From positions 1 to 41,843 of IMG/VR virus record IMGVR_UViG_3300043400_000041: a stretch of DNA of 41,843 bases. One strand, 5' to 3'. Shown here one piece after another: positions 1 to 8,794 of this stretch. The stretch's first letter is position 1, and the number at the start of each line of letters is the position of its first letter. This stretch comes from a virus (Duplodnaviria; Caudoviricetes). Made by a program: the position numbers and the translations under genes. A model generated the notes under the pieces. It was given only the letters and a program-made list of their open reading frames with translations, was not told where the DNA came from and searched no databases.

Positions 1-151
1 TTCGAGGATGTCACCAAGGGGGATAATCTCCTCCGGCTCTTGGGCGAAGGCGTTGCCGAAGTAGGCGACGGGCGAGGCAAGGGCGGCTTGGGCGGCGGTT
101 GAGGGTGTGGGTGAAGGGAGGGCGGTCATTGGTGGGTGGTGGTGGGGCCTA
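1..151 (+). repeat. Near-identical copy of 41378-41527 (5' end of primase gene plus leader); left anchor of an allelic bubble
   Basis: Direct comparison: one substitution (T99 vs G41476) and a G4 vs G3 run near the end. Confidence 0.97.
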
Positions 152-866
152 GGCAAAACTCTATTTGCGCTGCCAATTTAGCGGGTGGTCGAGTAGTCGG
201 ATCACACTTAAGTATTCGTAGGTCGGGCATTAGCCGATGCACGTTGTCCCATTGGCCCCATGTCTGGAGCGAAAGCGTGTTTCCGTGCACAATCGTCGCT
301 GGGATACCCCAGAGGGTTGTGTTGATAAAACACATGTCGCAGGCAGCGCGGTTAATATCGATTCCTACGACTCGAAGGCGAGCGATCAAGTCGGCGCGAC
401 CGGCCTGCGTGAGAGCCTTTGCCAGTGCCAGGAACATCGCACCGGCACCGCACGCAGGCTCGCTTACTTTTACGTGCCCGTTTTCCTGCACTAGCCGATC
501 AAAGTCTTGGATACGGTCGCCTATTGTCACTTGTGCCATGAGGTCACAGACAGAGGATGGAGTGTGGAACTCGCCGCCATGGGATTGCCCGCGATGCCCA
601 AGATTGTCCATGTGCACGTCACCAAGGACATCGGTGAAATGCTCATCTTCCATTTCTTCTATGAGAGCGCCAAGCGCCTGCCCGAATGTCTTTAGCTCGT
701 CTGGATTCCAGCGTTTTGCCTCTTCGAGATATTCTTTTTCACGAGTCCCTGCCGCAAGTGCGCAAGCGGCCATTTTAAGGAAGGCGTTGAAAACGTCGCG
801 CTGCGATCTGTTAGAGGAAAGCATGAAGAGTATTCTTCGGAAGTCAGTGTTTGCTGGAGTAGGCAT
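126..866 (-). CDS. N6-adenine DNA methyltransferase-like protein (type I M / N6_Mtase fold), with no visible NPPY/F motif
   Basis: GEFHTPSSVCDLMA, motif I-like EPACGAGAM, GIDIN and IVHGNTL; stop overlaps the primase ATG copy (ATGA). Confidence 0.8.
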   Translation of the reverse strand: MPTPANTDFRRILFMLSSNRSQRDVFNAFLKMAACALAAGTREKEYLEEAKRWNPDELKTFGQALGALIEEMEDEHFTDVLGDVHMDNLGHRGQSHGGEFHTPSSVCDLMAQVTIGDRIQDFDRLVQENGHVKVSEPACGAGAMFLALAKALTQAGRADLIARLRVVGIDINRAACDMCFINTTLWGIPATIVHGNTLSLQTWGQWDNVHRLMPDLRILKCDPTTRPPAKLAAQIEFCLGPTTTHQ

Positions 867-1401
867 GGCTCATTGTTGCGGCTTCTTGTTTGGTCATCGT
901 CGGCATTTCCCATGCGCCTTGGGCCTGTTCCTTGGCCTTGCGTGCGGAGTAGCCCAGCTTCCAGACGCGCTTGTAGTCCTTGACCCGCGAGAGTTGCAGG
1001 CGGGCGACGGCACTTTCCAGAGACACAATCCGGCGCTGCATTGCTGCGAGATTCTTTAGCCATTCAGCCTTTGTGGTGTCGCCCGCGACTAGCTCCTCGA
1101 TAAAGCGGCGGCGCTGGCGTTCATGGTATGCCTCCTTGGCTTTGTCTTTGCACTTAGTGCAGTTGGTTTTATCGGGGCGATCAGAAGGTTTCCCGCACTG
1201 GTTGCAGTGGCCCGGTTCACTACGGCGGGCGCTAAGTTTTGCGTGCCACGGCGCAGGGGGATTTTGGGGTATGAACTGGAAGGGAGTAGGCTCAGTCAGC
1301 GCAGCGGTTGTCTGCTGTGATACGAAGTGGATGCCGGTAGCGTTTTCGGCTGCGACAGCTAGAAAGTTTTTTGATATGGCTTGGGGGCGGCGCGGCTTCA
1401 T
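844..1401 (-). CDS. Hypothetical protein with Zn-ribbon (CNQC...CTKC) and coiled coil
   Basis: ATG at 1401 overlaps the upstream stop (ATGA); 185 aa. Confidence 0.65.
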   Translation of the reverse strand: MKPRRPQAISKNFLAVAAENATGIHFVSQQTTAALTEPTPFQFIPQNPPAPWHAKLSARRSEPGHCNQCGKPSDRPDKTNCTKCKDKAKEAYHERQRRRFIEELVAGDTTKAEWLKNLAAMQRRIVSLESAVARLQLSRVKDYKRVWKLGYSARKAKEQAQGAWEMPTMTKQEAATMSHAYSSKH

Positions 1402-1509
1402 TCGGTGGCCTCGATACAGGTGGATAAAACCTGCCACCGGACGTGGCATTCCATGACGTCGGCCTCAGATAGGGCGTCGTCATAGGTGCCGGAGAACACG
1501 GCGGCCGTG
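1375..1509 (+). repeat. Near-identical copy of 41708-41843; right anchor of the allelic bubble
   Basis: Identical except a G5 vs G6 run. Confidence 0.97.
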
Positions 1510-1571
1510 GTCTGCGCGGGTTTGCGGCCGCGCAGGGTGATCAACCAGGTGCGCTTGGGGTTGGCTTTCAT
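1398..1571 (-). CDS. Small hypothetical protein (57 aa)
   Basis: MKANPKRTWLITL...CIEATE; ATGA overlaps at both ends. Confidence 0.65.
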   Translation of the reverse strand: MKANPKRTWLITLRGRKPAQTTAAVFSGTYDDALSEADVMECHVRWQVLSTCIEATE

Positions 1572-2893
1572 GCGGCGACGGCGCTCCGGCTTTCGAGTTC
1601 GCGGTAGTAACCGATGGCCTCGGGCGACACGAAGACGCCAGAGAACCAGTCCTTGAGGTAGAGCCCGCGCAGGGAGCGCAGGCGGGAGAGTGCCACGTAG
1701 GCCTGCCCAGGCTCGCGGGCGGCGCGGATGTCGATCAGGGCGGCATCGAGGCTGAGACCCTGGCTTTTGTGGATCGTCATCGAGTAGGCGAGGCGCAGCG
1801 GGTGCTGGATGAACTTGGCGGAATCGTCGTCCTGCGGATCGAACTGCCAGACGAAGGGCTCGGCCACGATCTCCTTGCCGTCGTCTTTGCGGATAAGGAT
1901 GCCCGCCGAGGTGTCGCGCCCTGGCTGATCGAACTCCAGCACGGTGCCGCATTCGCCGTTGGCGGCGATCATGCCGCCGTTACCATCGCTTAGGTTGGCG
2001 GTGAACATGACGCGGGCGGTGCGTTTGAGCACAAGCGTATCCGGCGTGACGAGGTTCTTGGTAAGAAACTCGATCTGGTCGGGGTTGCCGTTGGTGCGGG
2101 CGGTGAAGGTGCGCTCGGGGTGCTCTTCGATGTTTTCCAGTTGGTAGGCGTTCCACTTATCGACCTGCACGTTGTGGGTGAAGAGGCGGGGGATATTGCG
2201 CGAGGGGAAGCGGGCCACACGGGTGGCGAGCACTTCGGCGGTGCGTCCGGAGATGCGGCCGACACGGAAATCATTCAGGGCATCGATGAACTCTGGTTCA
2301 TTCTGGCGAAAAATCTGCGTGAGGTAGCAGGGGACGAGACCGGCGCCGCGCCAAGATTCGGAGTGGAAGGCCCAATCGTAGCGGCCCGTTTTGGCCACGG
2401 GAGGGAGTTGCAGGAAGTCGCCGACCGCCACGATCTGCGCGCCGCCGAAGGGCTTGGCGCACTCGCGCACCCGGCGGAAGTGGTGATCGAGGAAATCGAG
2501 GGTGCGACCGGGCAGCATGGAGACCTCGTCTATCACCACGGTCTGCGCGGAGCGGATACGCTGGTAAGCGGCCTTGCGGCTGCGGTTCATGGTGCCTTCG
2601 AGGTAGCTGGAGTAATCCTCGAAGCTCTGGCCGGTGGCGGGACCGAGGCCGATGCCGGCATAACGATAGATAGTGCGGGCGGTGAGGGTGAGGCCGGTGC
2701 GTTCGAGGAATTGTTGCTGGAGGTTGAGCGCGGCGATGCCGGTGGTGGCGCATAGGTCCACCCGCCCTCGGGCGCGGCCTACGATGGCCGCCATGACAGT
2801 GCTCTTGCCGGTGCCCGCCATGCCAGTGATGAAGGCGGGCGCACCGGACTCGACGAGCTCGACGGCGGCGAGTTGTTGCGGGGCGAGTTTCAT
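1568..2893 (-). CDS. PIF1/RecD-like SF1B DNA helicase
   Basis: Walker A GMAGTGKS, Walker B IDEVSM, GDFLQLPPV, TIHKSQG, QAYVALSR. Confidence 0.95.
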   Translation of the reverse strand: MKLAPQQLAAVELVESGAPAFITGMAGTGKSTVMAAIVGRARGRVDLCATTGIAALNLQQQFLERTGLTLTARTIYRYAGIGLGPATGQSFEDYSSYLEGTMNRSRKAAYQRIRSAQTVVIDEVSMLPGRTLDFLDHHFRRVRECAKPFGGAQIVAVGDFLQLPPVAKTGRYDWAFHSESWRGAGLVPCYLTQIFRQNEPEFIDALNDFRVGRISGRTAEVLATRVARFPSRNIPRLFTHNVQVDKWNAYQLENIEEHPERTFTARTNGNPDQIEFLTKNLVTPDTLVLKRTARVMFTANLSDGNGGMIAANGECGTVLEFDQPGRDTSAGILIRKDDGKEIVAEPFVWQFDPQDDDSAKFIQHPLRLAYSMTIHKSQGLSLDAALIDIRAAREPGQAYVALSRLRSLRGLYLKDWFSGVFVSPEAIGYYRELESRSAVAA

Positions 2894-3093
2894 GCGGCCT
2901 CCTGTTCTTCCCGCTGCACGGGAGAGGGGCGCCAGCGGTTGTCGGCCTTGGCGGCGGCGGCGCGCAGGGTGTTGCTGCGCTCGACGCGGCTGAGGCGGAG
3001 GAAGCGGCAGGGGCCGCAGCGGAGGGCGGGCACCCAGCCACGGCGGATGGCGACGTCGATTTTGCGGGCGGCGTTATCGTTGCGGCAGTTCAT
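2890..3093 (-). CDS. Small basic hypothetical protein
   Basis: Coupled by ATGA overlaps on both sides. Confidence 0.55.
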   Translation of the reverse strand: MNCRNDNAARKIDVAIRRGWVPALRCGPCRFLRLSRVERSNTLRAAAAKADNRWRPSPVQREEQEAA

Positions 3094-3569
3094 GCGCGGG
3101 CTCCTTTCTCGGCGCGCTGGCCGTAGTCGGCGATCAGTAGGGCATCGCAGGTGTCGAGGGTGGGTTTGAGCGCAGGGAAGCGGCGGATAGCCTCGGCACG
3201 GAGGGCGCGCTTGCGGTCAGCCCCCTTCTTGCCAGTGGTGCCGGTGATACCCGCCTGCCAATCCTGCGGACGGACGAGGATGGTGCGGATACGGAGGGCG
3301 GTGAGCATCCCTTCCCAGAGTCCGGCGCTGTGGCCCATCTTAAACATGGAGGAGCCGGGCAGGGACTTGCCAGCGATGAAGCCGCCGATCTTTTCGACGT
3401 AGGCCACGCAGGCGGTGGGGTCGCCGTCGGCGGCGGCGAGCGCATCGCGCACGGCTTCGAGCGGGGAGCTGTCGGCGGTTTTGTGGATGACGGGCTGGCC
3501 GTGGCGGGCCGGGATAAAACAGAGCGCTCCGTGGGCTCCGGGGTCGATGGCGATGATGGTGAGAGTCAT
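3090..3569 (-). CDS. RuvC-like Holliday junction resolvase
   Basis: IAIDPG start, YVE, PQDWQ and DALLIA acidic motifs; ATG at 3569. Confidence 0.85.
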   Translation of the reverse strand: MTLTIIAIDPGAHGALCFIPARHGQPVIHKTADSSPLEAVRDALAAADGDPTACVAYVEKIGGFIAGKSLPGSSMFKMGHSAGLWEGMLTALRIRTILVRPQDWQAGITGTTGKKGADRKRALRAEAIRRFPALKPTLDTCDALLIADYGQRAEKGARA

Positions 3570-3789
3570 TTGTTTTGTGGGTGCAGGGTGCAGTTTACGG
3601 CGGGGATGGCCCGCCCCCGACCATGCCAGCAACGGGGGCACCAGCCGGAGGGCGGTGGGTTGGCGGCTTGTCGGGCGGCGATACGGCGGGCCATGAGGGC
3701 GACGGCGAGCGGGCGGAGGTAGGGGCCTTGCCTGGCCAGCCGGTCGCTAAAAAGTTCGGTGTAGGTGTAGTTGAAGTGGTAGGGCTTTT

Positions 3790-4191
3790 CTAAAAGGGCA
3801 CATCCCCCGTCCGCTTGAAGAGGAGCGGGAGGCGGTGCAGGAGGATCAGGCGGCCCCGATCCTCCGGAAGATCCAGCGCCAGCCACGCGAAGCAGCTGGG
3901 GGGCGGCTCCAGGTAGATCCCGAGCTGGCTGTGCGGGACCTGGCGGGCGGCCAGCCACAGTCGGGCCGCCTCCGAGGGTTTCTCGGAGGCGAACTCGAAA
4001 GGGACGTCGGCCGCCTGTGCCGAGGGCTCGCCCAAGGGGCGCGGCTCGGGCTTCGCCTCCGCCGCCGGTGCCGGAGCACTGGGGCGGATGACGATGCCGG
4101 GGGCCGCTGGTGCCGCCACCACCGGCGCAGGCTTGGGGGCGCTGGCGGCGGCGGATTGCTTGGCGGCGAGGAGTTCTTTGAGCGAGGCCAT
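3790..4191 (-). CDS. Hypothetical protein
   Basis: Protein-like ORF in operon context, ending DVPF. Confidence 0.65.
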   Translation of the reverse strand: MASLKELLAAKQSAAASAPKPAPVVAAPAAPGIVIRPSAPAPAAEAKPEPRPLGEPSAQAADVPFEFASEKPSEAARLWLAARQVPHSQLGIYLEPPPSCFAWLALDLPEDRGRLILLHRLPLLFKRTGDVPF

Positions 4192-4209
4192 GGCGGGTGT
4201 GGCGCAGGT

Positions 4210-4995
4210 TTAGTAGTCGTAGGCCGCCACGGCGGTGGGCACGGTGCTGGTGGCCTTGGCGCCGACCACGGCGGCGTGCTCGGCCCAGATGCGCAGGCCG
4301 GGAATATCCTGCCGGTTCTTGATGATGGCGCGGATGGCGGCGTTATTGGGCTCGATGGTGCAGAGGTCGGGGTGGGCGACGAAGAGGCGGCGAACGTCCA
4401 CCACCTCGAACTTCCAGTTCTTCCGCACCGAGATGCCTTCCGGCGCGGCGGTGGCCTCGGCCTGGGCGATGGCAGCCTGACGCACTTCGAGGGCGGCTTG
4501 GTTGGCCTCCTGGGCGATCTCGTCCATATCGCTTTCGAGGTGCTTGGTCTCCCCTGCCCTGGCAGCGGCGAGGCGATCGCGTTCGCGTTTCTCCTGCTCT
4601 TCGCGGATGAGGCGTTCCTGCCGCTCGGCTTCGAGGCGGGCGGCGAGGGCTTTTTGCTGCTCGGCGGCTTGGTAGGTGCCGATCAGGGCATTGAGCCGCT
4701 TTTCTTCGGTGACGAGGTCGGCCACGAAGTTCTTGCAGGTCTCGTCGATGGCCCGGCTGGCGGCGAGCACGGGGGCTTTGACGAGGGTGCGGCTGGCCTC
4801 GGTCTGCTTAAGCAGGGCTTTGACGGCCACGAGGGCGGCGGCGGCGTCTTTGACGCTGTCCGCATCGCGCACTTCGCGGCATACCTTGGCGGCGGCAAGC
4901 GCCACGCGGCGGGCCTCGAAGGCGGCGGGGATGATGTCGATCGTGGCGGCCTCGACGGGGCCGCCGAGGGTAAGTTGTTCGGTGCTGAGTGGCAT
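4210..4995 (-). CDS. Coiled-coil phage early protein of the recombination module
   Basis: Long coiled coil, C-terminal WKFEVVD...IPGLRIW pattern common in phage; AGGAGG RBS. Confidence 0.7.
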   Translation of the reverse strand: MPLSTEQLTLGGPVEAATIDIIPAAFEARRVALAAAKVCREVRDADSVKDAAAALVAVKALLKQTEASRTLVKAPVLAASRAIDETCKNFVADLVTEEKRLNALIGTYQAAEQQKALAARLEAERQERLIREEQEKRERDRLAAARAGETKHLESDMDEIAQEANQAALEVRQAAIAQAEATAAPEGISVRKNWKFEVVDVRRLFVAHPDLCTIEPNNAAIRAIIKNRQDIPGLRIWAEHAAVVGAKATSTVPTAVAAYDY

Positions 4996-5025
4996 GGTGC
5001 CTCCTGTAGGGTTGGCGGGCGGGGC

Positions 5026-5811
5026 TTAGTAGGTGTCGGCGGCGGGGGCCGGTGGGGTGGCGGCAGCTTCGGCGAGCGCGGCCTGGGCAAAGCCGAGGGC
5101 CTCGGCGAGACGCTTATCGTCGGCCTTGGGCTTGGCGTTCTTGGCGTGCACGGGCAGCCAGTTGGCGATGAGCTTCTCGATGGCCTCGGGGTCGAGGTCG
5201 CCCAGATCGACGCCGGCGTGTTTGCCGACGTGCACCTTGGTGCGCATCCAGTTCTCGCGGCCTACGGTGCCGCCGTCTTCGGCCACGGGCTGCGCGGCTT
5301 TGCGGTAGCTGGCACCTTCGCCCTGGGCGGAGTCGCCGCCGCCACCGGCTTTCTTGGCGTCGCGGTCCTTCTTGCGGGTGAAGGTGCCGGAGGGGGCGAG
5401 GGGTTCGCCGACCTTGTGCGGGGTGCAGGCGGTGATGTTGGCGTAGGTCTCGCCATTGTCGCCCTGGCTGTGGGTGATGACGACGAAGGCGGGTTTGCCG
5501 ATCAGGGCCTCGGTATCGAACTCTTCGAGCTCCTGCGCAGTGAGGTCGCGGCCAAACCACTGGCGCAGGAATTTACGGAAGCTGGCCTTCTCGTTGAGCG
5601 AGGTGGTGAAGCCGCTAGACCACACGCAGTGGGGACGGGCGGGCTTGGTGCTCTGGTCGAGCAGGTCGATCTCGAAGGTGAGGCGGAATTTTTCCTTGGG
5701 ACCATACTCGGTCTGCTTGGTCTCGGGGGGAGTGACGTCCACGCACACGGCGCGGCCGGTATATTCAGGGCAGGGGGCAAAGTTGCCGGACTTTTTTTCG
5801 CTGAGTTTCAT
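5026..5811 (-). CDS. Phage replication/ssDNA-binding protein (NGO0469-like)
   Basis: SLNEKASFRKFLRQWFGR...ALIGKP...YANI pattern recognised by eye; position in the replication module. Confidence 0.65.
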   Translation of the reverse strand: MKLSEKKSGNFAPCPEYTGRAVCVDVTPPETKQTEYGPKEKFRLTFEIDLLDQSTKPARPHCVWSSGFTTSLNEKASFRKFLRQWFGRDLTAQELEEFDTEALIGKPAFVVITHSQGDNGETYANITACTPHKVGEPLAPSGTFTRKKDRDAKKAGGGGDSAQGEGASYRKAAQPVAEDGGTVGRENWMRTKVHVGKHAGVDLGDLDPEAIEKLIANWLPVHAKNAKPKADDKRLAEALGFAQAALAEAAATPPAPAADTY

Positions 5812-5881
5812 GATGATTTAGGATGGGATGGGTGTTGGATGGGACTGAGGGGAGAGAGGGGACTGATGGGCTCGGGTGGGC

Positions 5882-6793
5882 TTAGAGGTTGGTCTTGGAG
5901 TCGGGGCCTGCGTCGTCGCGGCTGCCTTCGTCGGCGGGCACTTCGACAGTGCCGGAGGCGCTGGCGCGGCGGCCGGAGCGGGCGGCTTTCTTCTTGGCGG
6001 CGGCTTCGGCCTTGGCGGCCTCCATGCTCTTGCGCAGCGTTTCGGCCCGGTCGGCAAGGTGGGCGCGGGTCTTGGTGATCACGTATTCGCTGCGGGGCAT
6101 ATCCTGCACCGCAGGCGTGGTGAGCAGCCACTGGAGGAAGGTCTCGATCTCGCCGGTGATCTCGGCATCGAGGATGCCGTCGAGCCACTCTTCGGCTTCG
6201 TCCTTGGGGCGCAGGTCGTTAGTCTCGGCGTCGCAGAAGGTGGAGAAGAACCAGTCAGCGTAGGCGAGGGCGTCTTCTTCGCGGATGACAAGGGGACCGT
6301 CGGCCATGCCGGCGAGGGCGTCGGCTTTGCTGAGGGCAACTTCGGTGGGGTGCTCGGGCCAGAGCTTGGGTGCGGGCAGGGGGAGCTTTTCGCCAGCGGG
6401 CGCTGGGGCCGAGGCGCGGGCGGCTTCGGCGTCGAGGATTTCCATGACGAGCTGACGGTCGCGCTCGGTCATGTCTTCTTCTGCCACGGCTTCCCCACCC
6501 TCGCGTTTGCGCAGGAGCTTGCGGCCGAGGCGGGGCTGGTCGTATTCCCAGAAGCAGAGGTAATCACGGAGCTCGTAGCCGCTGGCCACGGCTTCGCGGA
6601 GCAGGTCGATCTCGCTCTGGATGGCATCGAGGCGGGCACCGTAGTCTTTTTTGACGCGGCTGAGCTCAGCCTCCGTGATGGTGAAGCGGGTGAACGCCTC
6701 GGCCATGGCCTGCGCCTTGGCGATGTGCTCGGCGGCGGTGTAGTTGTAGCGCAGCTGGCGGCGCGTTTCGTTGGCGGCGAGGGGCTTGCTCAT
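5882..6793 (-). CDS. Hypothetical protein
   Basis: 303 aa protein-like ORF starting inside a GGAGGTGC..ATGA junction motif. Confidence 0.75.
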   Translation of the reverse strand: MSKPLAANETRRQLRYNYTAAEHIAKAQAMAEAFTRFTITEAELSRVKKDYGARLDAIQSEIDLLREAVASGYELRDYLCFWEYDQPRLGRKLLRKREGGEAVAEEDMTERDRQLVMEILDAEAARASAPAPAGEKLPLPAPKLWPEHPTEVALSKADALAGMADGPLVIREEDALAYADWFFSTFCDAETNDLRPKDEAEEWLDGILDAEITGEIETFLQWLLTTPAVQDMPRSEYVITKTRAHLADRAETLRKSMEAAKAEAAAKKKAARSGRRASASGTVEVPADEGSRDDAGPDSKTNL

Positions 6794-7170
6794 TGGGCAC
6801 CTCCTTCGATGGCTGGAGTAGTAACCATTCCGGCGTAGGGGTCGGGCGCAGCCTGGGCGGCGGCGGCACGCGCAGCGGAGAGGGCTTCGCGGCTGGCATG
6901 GATGGCGCGGATCTCGCTAGTGAGCGTGACAGTGGGCTTCCCGTTTAAAAAGAAGTCGTATTCCTTCGACCCGAAGCTCGATTCGAGCTTCTTGGCTCCA
7001 TCGAACAGGCGGATGAGGGTGGCTACTTCGGCGTCGGTGGCGCTCTTGGGGAGCACGTAGCTTTCGTAGCCGATCAGGAGGATGCGCTCGCGTTTGGCGA
7101 CGGGGGCGGAAGGAGCAGCGTTGACGGCTCCGGTGGGTTCTGGCTGGGTGGTGGGCGTATCGTTATTCAT
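6790..7170 (-). CDS. Hypothetical protein
   Basis: 126 aa, ends EGGAQ in the junction motif. Confidence 0.7.
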   Translation of the reverse strand: MNNDTPTTQPEPTGAVNAAPSAPVAKRERILLIGYESYVLPKSATDAEVATLIRLFDGAKKLESSFGSKEYDFFLNGKPTVTLTSEIRAIHASREALSAARAAAAQAAPDPYAGMVTTPAIEGGAQ

Positions 7171-7180
7171 TGTTTAGAGC

Positions 7181-7208
7181 GCCCGCCCCGGTGGCTGCCG
7201 GGGTGGGC
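7181..7208. other. GC-rich intergenic hairpin (possible terminator or leader structure)
   Basis: GCCCGCCCCGG / CCGGGGTGGGC arms around a 6-nt loop. Confidence 0.45.
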
Positions 7209-7291
7209 AAATTGTTAGACCCCTATTTTTGGTGAGGCCGTAGGGTTGGTGGCTTGGCCATTGCCGCCGGGTCTGTAAGTGGGTGGTGGGT

Positions 7292-7759
7292 TCAGGCGTG
7301 GCGTTCGCTGCCGGTGGCGACCAGCAGCCAGCCTTTGCGGGGGCTCTCGATGGCTTCGATGCGGTAGGTGACGCGGGAGTAGGCAGCCAGGGAGGCGAGC
7401 ACGCGGCCTTGGATTTTCTTGCGCGGGAGTGGCGACTTCGCGCTCTCCACCAAGAAAGAGGTGCCTTCGTCGGCAGCGCAGGGGAAGATGGCGAGGCTGG
7501 GCTTGCCCTCTGCGGCGAACACTCGCACGCGGGCGACCTTGGCCAGCTCGGGCGTGGCGGCGATGGCCGCACCGTTGAAGCTGAGCGTGCTCTTGTTCTT
7601 GTTCTCGGCGTTGCCGCGAAAGGTGATGGTAGGCACGCCGCGCGGCTGGTTCTGCGCGGCCACCTCCGTGAATTTAAGGGAGCCGATGATCAGGGCTTCG
7701 GCTCCGGTCTGCGTGGGTGCCGCTGCGGGCGGCGTGGTGGATGTCTTGGCTGGTTTCAT
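7292..7759 (-). CDS. Hypothetical protein
   Basis: 155 aa protein-like ORF in the early operon. Confidence 0.7.
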   Translation of the reverse strand: MKPAKTSTTPPAAAPTQTGAEALIIGSLKFTEVAAQNQPRGVPTITFRGNAENKNKSTLSFNGAAIAATPELAKVARVRVFAAEGKPSLAIFPCAADEGTSFLVESAKSPLPRKKIQGRVLASLAAYSRVTYRIEAIESPRKGWLLVATGSERHA

Positions 7760-7779
7760 TGTTTACGGGAGGAAAAGGG

Positions 7780-8064
7780 TTAGGCACGGGGCGCGGGCGC
7801 GGCTTTCTTGGGCAGGGTGGCGCGGGCGATGCCGTTGATGATGTCGGCCCGGCGGTAGGTACCTTGGGCGACGCGCTTGATGCCGAGCTTCGCCAGGCGG
7901 CGGTAGAGGGCGCTGGGGCTAGCAACCCCGAGCAGGCGCTGGGCCTCGGCGGTGCCGATGACCTCGGGCAGCGGGGCGGCGAGTTGCGCCGGGGTGAGGC
8001 GCAGTTTCTCGGCGACCTTGGAGGCGATGGCCTCGATGTCTTCGAGGGTGAGGGTGTGGCTCAC
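7780..8064 (-). CDS. Excisionase-like/MerR-type HTH DNA-binding protein
   Basis: IGTAEAQRLLGVASPSALYRRL HTH followed by YRRADI wing. Confidence 0.7.
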   Translation of the reverse strand: MSHTLTLEDIEAIASKVAEKLRLTPAQLAAPLPEVIGTAEAQRLLGVASPSALYRRLAKLGIKRVAQGTYRRADIINGIARATLPKKAAPAPRA

Positions 8065-8567
8065 TGGGCACCTCCGTCGCGCTCGGGCTGCGCGGGGGCA
8101 GTGGTGGATTGCTCCACCGCCCTGCCCTCGCCAGTCTCGGAGCTGTCATGACTCCCGAAATTAACGACCTCATTCAACGCGAGGGGCTCCACTTGCAGCT
8201 CCCCGATGTCCATCACCACCTCTCCAATCTCCGCATGCCGCCCTCGCGGGCTGAGTGTGCCTTTGCCATGCTGCGCGAAGAGGTGGACCGACTGGCCAAT
8301 GAAGCGGCTGGCGCCGGGCACGATATACTCGTTACCATGGATGCCGGGCGCTTCCTGGTCTTTACCGTCGGCCTGACCGAGGATAGCGACTTCCTGCGTT
8401 TTCGTGGTGAGGTTGGCGGCTTGCCCGCTGTTGCCTTGGTGCATCCCGGCCAGCTGCACGTGCAGGTGCTGGTTATGCCCAAGATCGTTCCGGTGGGTGA
8501 GCGAAGGATCACCGGCTTCTGGCGCGAGCCCGCGCAAAGCGGGGACGGTGGGTAAGTCGTAGTTCAC
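8061..8567 (-). CDS. ORF spanning exactly between two junction motifs; possibly a read-through/shadow product
   Basis: Starts at the motif GTG and ends DGGAQ in the next motif, but composition looks like an antisense frame. Confidence 0.4.
   Translation of the reverse strand: MNYDLPTVPALRGLAPEAGDPSLTHRNDLGHNQHLHVQLAGMHQGNSGQAANLTTKTQEVAILGQADGKDQEAPGIHGNEYIVPGASRFIGQSVHLFAQHGKGTLSPRGRHAEIGEVVMDIGELQVEPLALNEVVNFGSHDSSETGEGRAVEQSTTAPAQPERDGGAQ
8148..8555 (+). CDS. Antisense moron, DUF6173-like protein
   Basis: GGAG before ATG 8148; C-terminus LVHPGQLHVQVLVMPK...RRITGF resembles DUF6173; TTGCTC-17-CAGTCT upstream. Confidence 0.6.
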   Translation: MTPEINDLIQREGLHLQLPDVHHHLSNLRMPPSRAECAFAMLREEVDRLANEAAGAGHDILVTMDAGRFLVFTVGLTEDSDFLRFRGEVGGLPAVALVHPGQLHVQVLVMPKIVPVGERRITGFWREPAQSGDGG

Positions 8568-8794
8568 CGGGCACCTCCATCGGTGCGCTTACATTCCAGG
8601 GCGGCGGCGTTTTTCTCGCTGATACCCAAGGCCAGACGGCGAGCACGATCGGTGGCGGATCCCTCGTCGGCCTCTTCACCGTTCGCCTCGTCGATGTCGG
8701 CGCGGCTGATGCAGTGGGGGGCGATGGCAATGGCCACAATCACCGCCACGCAGATCACGCCGAAAACGGCGGCGATGGATTGGGCGGCGCTCAC
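8564..8794 (-). CDS. Small membrane protein (N-terminal TM helix)
   Basis: IAAVFGVICVAVIVAIAIA; bounded by junction motifs. Confidence 0.65.
   Translation of the reverse strand: MSAAQSIAAVFGVICVAVIVAIAIAPHCISRADIDEANGEEADEGSATDRARRLALGISEKNAAALECKRTDGGAR

Noticed and set aside
3566-3958. 130-aa minus-strand ORF between 3790-4191 and the resolvase
   Set aside because: The 5' half overlaps another gene and no convincing start was found; a short product from ATG 3694 is possible but unsupported.
5812-5881. G-rich low-complexity intergenic tract with two GGGACTGA copies
   Set aside because: It is the complement of the C-rich leader style seen elsewhere; too short to call a separate element.
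3835-6078. 747-aa plus-strand ORF (likewise 12302-13510, 20069-21202, 33028-34323, 35093-36877, 40049-41479)
   Set aside because: Antisense shadows of well-supported minus-strand genes in GC-rich DNA; Gly-rich and without motifs.
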